From a virus (Duplodnaviria > Caudoviricetes): 24,654 nt of DNA. Under the pieces are notes generated by a model. It searched no databases. It was not told the origin of the DNA and saw nothing but the letters and a program-made list of their open reading frames with translations. Location: positions 1 through 24,654 of IMG/VR virus record IMGVR_UViG_3300020422_000181, one strand, 5' to 3'. The translations under genes were made by a program, and so were the position numbers. Shown in pieces: positions 23,241-24,654 of this stretch (position 1 is its first letter; each line of letters starts with the position of its first letter).

Positions 23241-23929
23241 TACAATACCTGTTTGTATATTTCCAAACCTTCGGTTTGGAAATCGGTTACAAATGTTCGC
23301 ATTGCCTCAATTTGCGCGTTTAAATCATCCATTTTTTGTTTGATCTCGGGTAAATGTTGTTGGCGTACCAATCGTTGTGGGCGTTGTTCAAACTCACGTA
23401 TAAACAGTTGCCAAAATTGCGGTTCGATGTGTCCTAGCTCGCCATCAACCAACAATTTAATACACCAACGGTTATATGCATCTCGATCAAACGTTTTAAT
23501 AATGCGGTTTGCCAATACTCGGATATCGGTAAATCGATCCGCATAAAACTGGCCACCCATTGCAGGGTATGCCCGTATGTAATCGTGCCGTTTTGGATCC
23601 AAATAGATCCACCCTTCGCGTTGTAATTGGCCAATACGGTTGGATACGTCCCCAATTTCGCCACGAATTTGCCGCACACCATTTACCCCGGGCCGTATTT
23701 GTTCAAGTTCAACCAACGGCACAAACAAACCAACGTTGGTGGTTACGGTTTTATCCTTCGCATTGCCCTTGCCCGCAATGGTTTTGGTTACCTCGAATGT
23801 TTGCCATACCCAATTGGCGGGCCACCATTTTGCAAACAACGGATGGTTGGGCCGTGTAGGCAACACCATTTGCGTGTTGTTCGTACTTTGTGGGGCCCAT
23901 GGTTGGGCGGTTGGTTTAAAATTGTTCAT
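23240..23929 (-). CDS. Hypothetical protein following capsid gene
   Basis: ATG 23929 with CCGAGG RBS; no family recognised. Confidence 0.75.
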   Translation of the reverse strand: MNNFKPTAQPWAPQSTNNTQMVLPTRPNHPLFAKWWPANWVWQTFEVTKTIAGKGNAKDKTVTTNVGLFVPLVELEQIRPGVNGVRQIRGEIGDVSNRIGQLQREGWIYLDPKRHDYIRAYPAMGGQFYADRFTDIRVLANRIIKTFDRDAYNRWCIKLLVDGELGHIEPQFWQLFIREFEQRPQRLVRQQHLPEIKQKMDDLNAQIEAMRTFVTDFQTEGLEIYKQVL

Positions 23930-23966
23930 GTTGTTACCTCGGTTGTTGTTTGTGTCGTTAACTGGC

Positions 23967-23992
23967 AAAACGTGGGCACCGAAGCACCCACG
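23967..23992 (-). terminator. Intrinsic terminator/attenuator after capsid gene
   Basis: CGUGGGUGC-UUCG-GUGCCCACG 9-bp stem (two G-U) with C(UUCG)G loop followed by UUUUG. Confidence 0.75.
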
Positions 23993-24018
23993 CCAACCAT
24001 ATCTAACAACAAAATGTT

Positions 24019-24654
24019 TTAGTTATCAACGCTCAGCAATTTTACACCGCGGTCTGAGTCTACGATACCCATTCCCAGATAACAGTGGCCAACTATGCGT
24101 GTAAGGGCCTTTGTAGGATCGCGATCCATTTCGATGAGTACATCACCCATATCCATGCTCTCAGCTGCACCAACCAATGCGGCGGGTTTACCTGTTGCAA
24201 AACCAATTGCACCCGGTGCCCACAATGCACCAACGTGTTGCCCTGCGGCTTGCGTTACATGTGATGATGCATAAATATCAACGCCCAAATATGAACCCTT
24301 GTATCCCGGCCCTTTTGCGCTCATTGCGTCGTATGATGCTGGAGCAAATGCCAATGCGTTGTTGGCCTCGGTGCGAATGTCGGCTTGCAAATCTTGCCAT
24401 TGCTCGGGGTGCAACAATGCCACGTATGGGCCCGGTGCGCCTTTACCTGAAGATGCCAACTCGAGCGTTTGAAATGCTGAAATGAAATTATCAACAGTTA
24501 ATGCGGCGGCATTGGATACCGATGCAGTAAACCCGGCAACGGTTGCCCCTGTCAATTCTGCAAACAACAATTCATATGATTTAGAAATTGATTCGGCAAT
24601 ACGAAATGGATCGATATCGTTACCCATACCGGTCATGTTTGCAAGGTCGGTAAT
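24019..24654 (-). CDS. Major capsid protein, 3' part (open at window end)
   Basis: Frame open to edge (ITDLANMTG...); YVALLHPEQWQDL, GSYLGVDIYASS, WAPGAIG, IEMDRD patterns of HK97-fold capsids; followed by terminator. Confidence 0.85.
   Translation of the reverse strand: MTDLANMTGMGNDIDPFRIAESISKSYELLFAELTGATVAGFTASVSNAAALTVDNFISAFQTLELASSGKGAPGPYVALLHPEQWQDLQADIRTEANNALAFAPASYDAMSAKGPGYKGSYLGVDIYASSHVTQAAGQHVGALWAPGAIGFATGKPAALVGAAESMDMGDVLIEMDRDPTKALTRIVGHCYLGMGIVDSDRGVKLLSVDN

Noticed and set aside
2843-23968. Longer upstream starts in the ORF track (2893, 3569, 5667, 6766, 8690, 9910, 10730, 11395, 23968)
   Set aside because: They create large overlaps or lack an RBS; downstream ATGs have clear RBS or stop-start coupling.
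1-24654. tRNA, rRNA, integrase, reverse transcriptase/DGR
   Set aside because: No cloverleaf, rRNA, recombinase or RT motifs found by eye; intergenic space is minimal.

Overview
A fragment of a tailed dsDNA bacteriophage (siphovirus-like, host not identifiable from sequence), almost entirely coded on the minus strand with tight ATGA/TAATG gene coupling. In transcription order (right to left): 3' part of the major capsid gene, head-tail and tail-tube genes, tail chaperone pair with a -1 slippery site, tape measure, two large tail-tip genes, amidase plus probable holin; a divergent regulatory gap (12077-12252); a replication/modification block (HTH proteins, RusA, AEP primase, amino-MTase, VapE-type helicase, C5 cytosine MTase, DEDDh exonuclease); an inverted-repeat origin-like element (4803-5058); a cluster of small basic proteins; and a packaging block (TerS-like, MT-A70 MTase, TerL 5' part, the latter missing from the supplied ORF track). 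The most notable system is the C5 MTase, which appears split over two overlapping reading frames of the same DNA: the long frame has motifs I-VIII and X, and a nested +1 frame ORF with its own RBS carries motif IX plus tandem LPTPTA(S/T) repeat modules. Other signals: inverted 10-bp iteron-like arrays, a 15-bp hairpin hiding the exonuclease RBS, a second possibly overprinted ORF coupled to terL, four HTH paralogues, tandem DnaA boxes, and strong CT/AG and GAC/GTC depletion with GATC excess. All family calls are from motif recognition by eye; no database searches were run.
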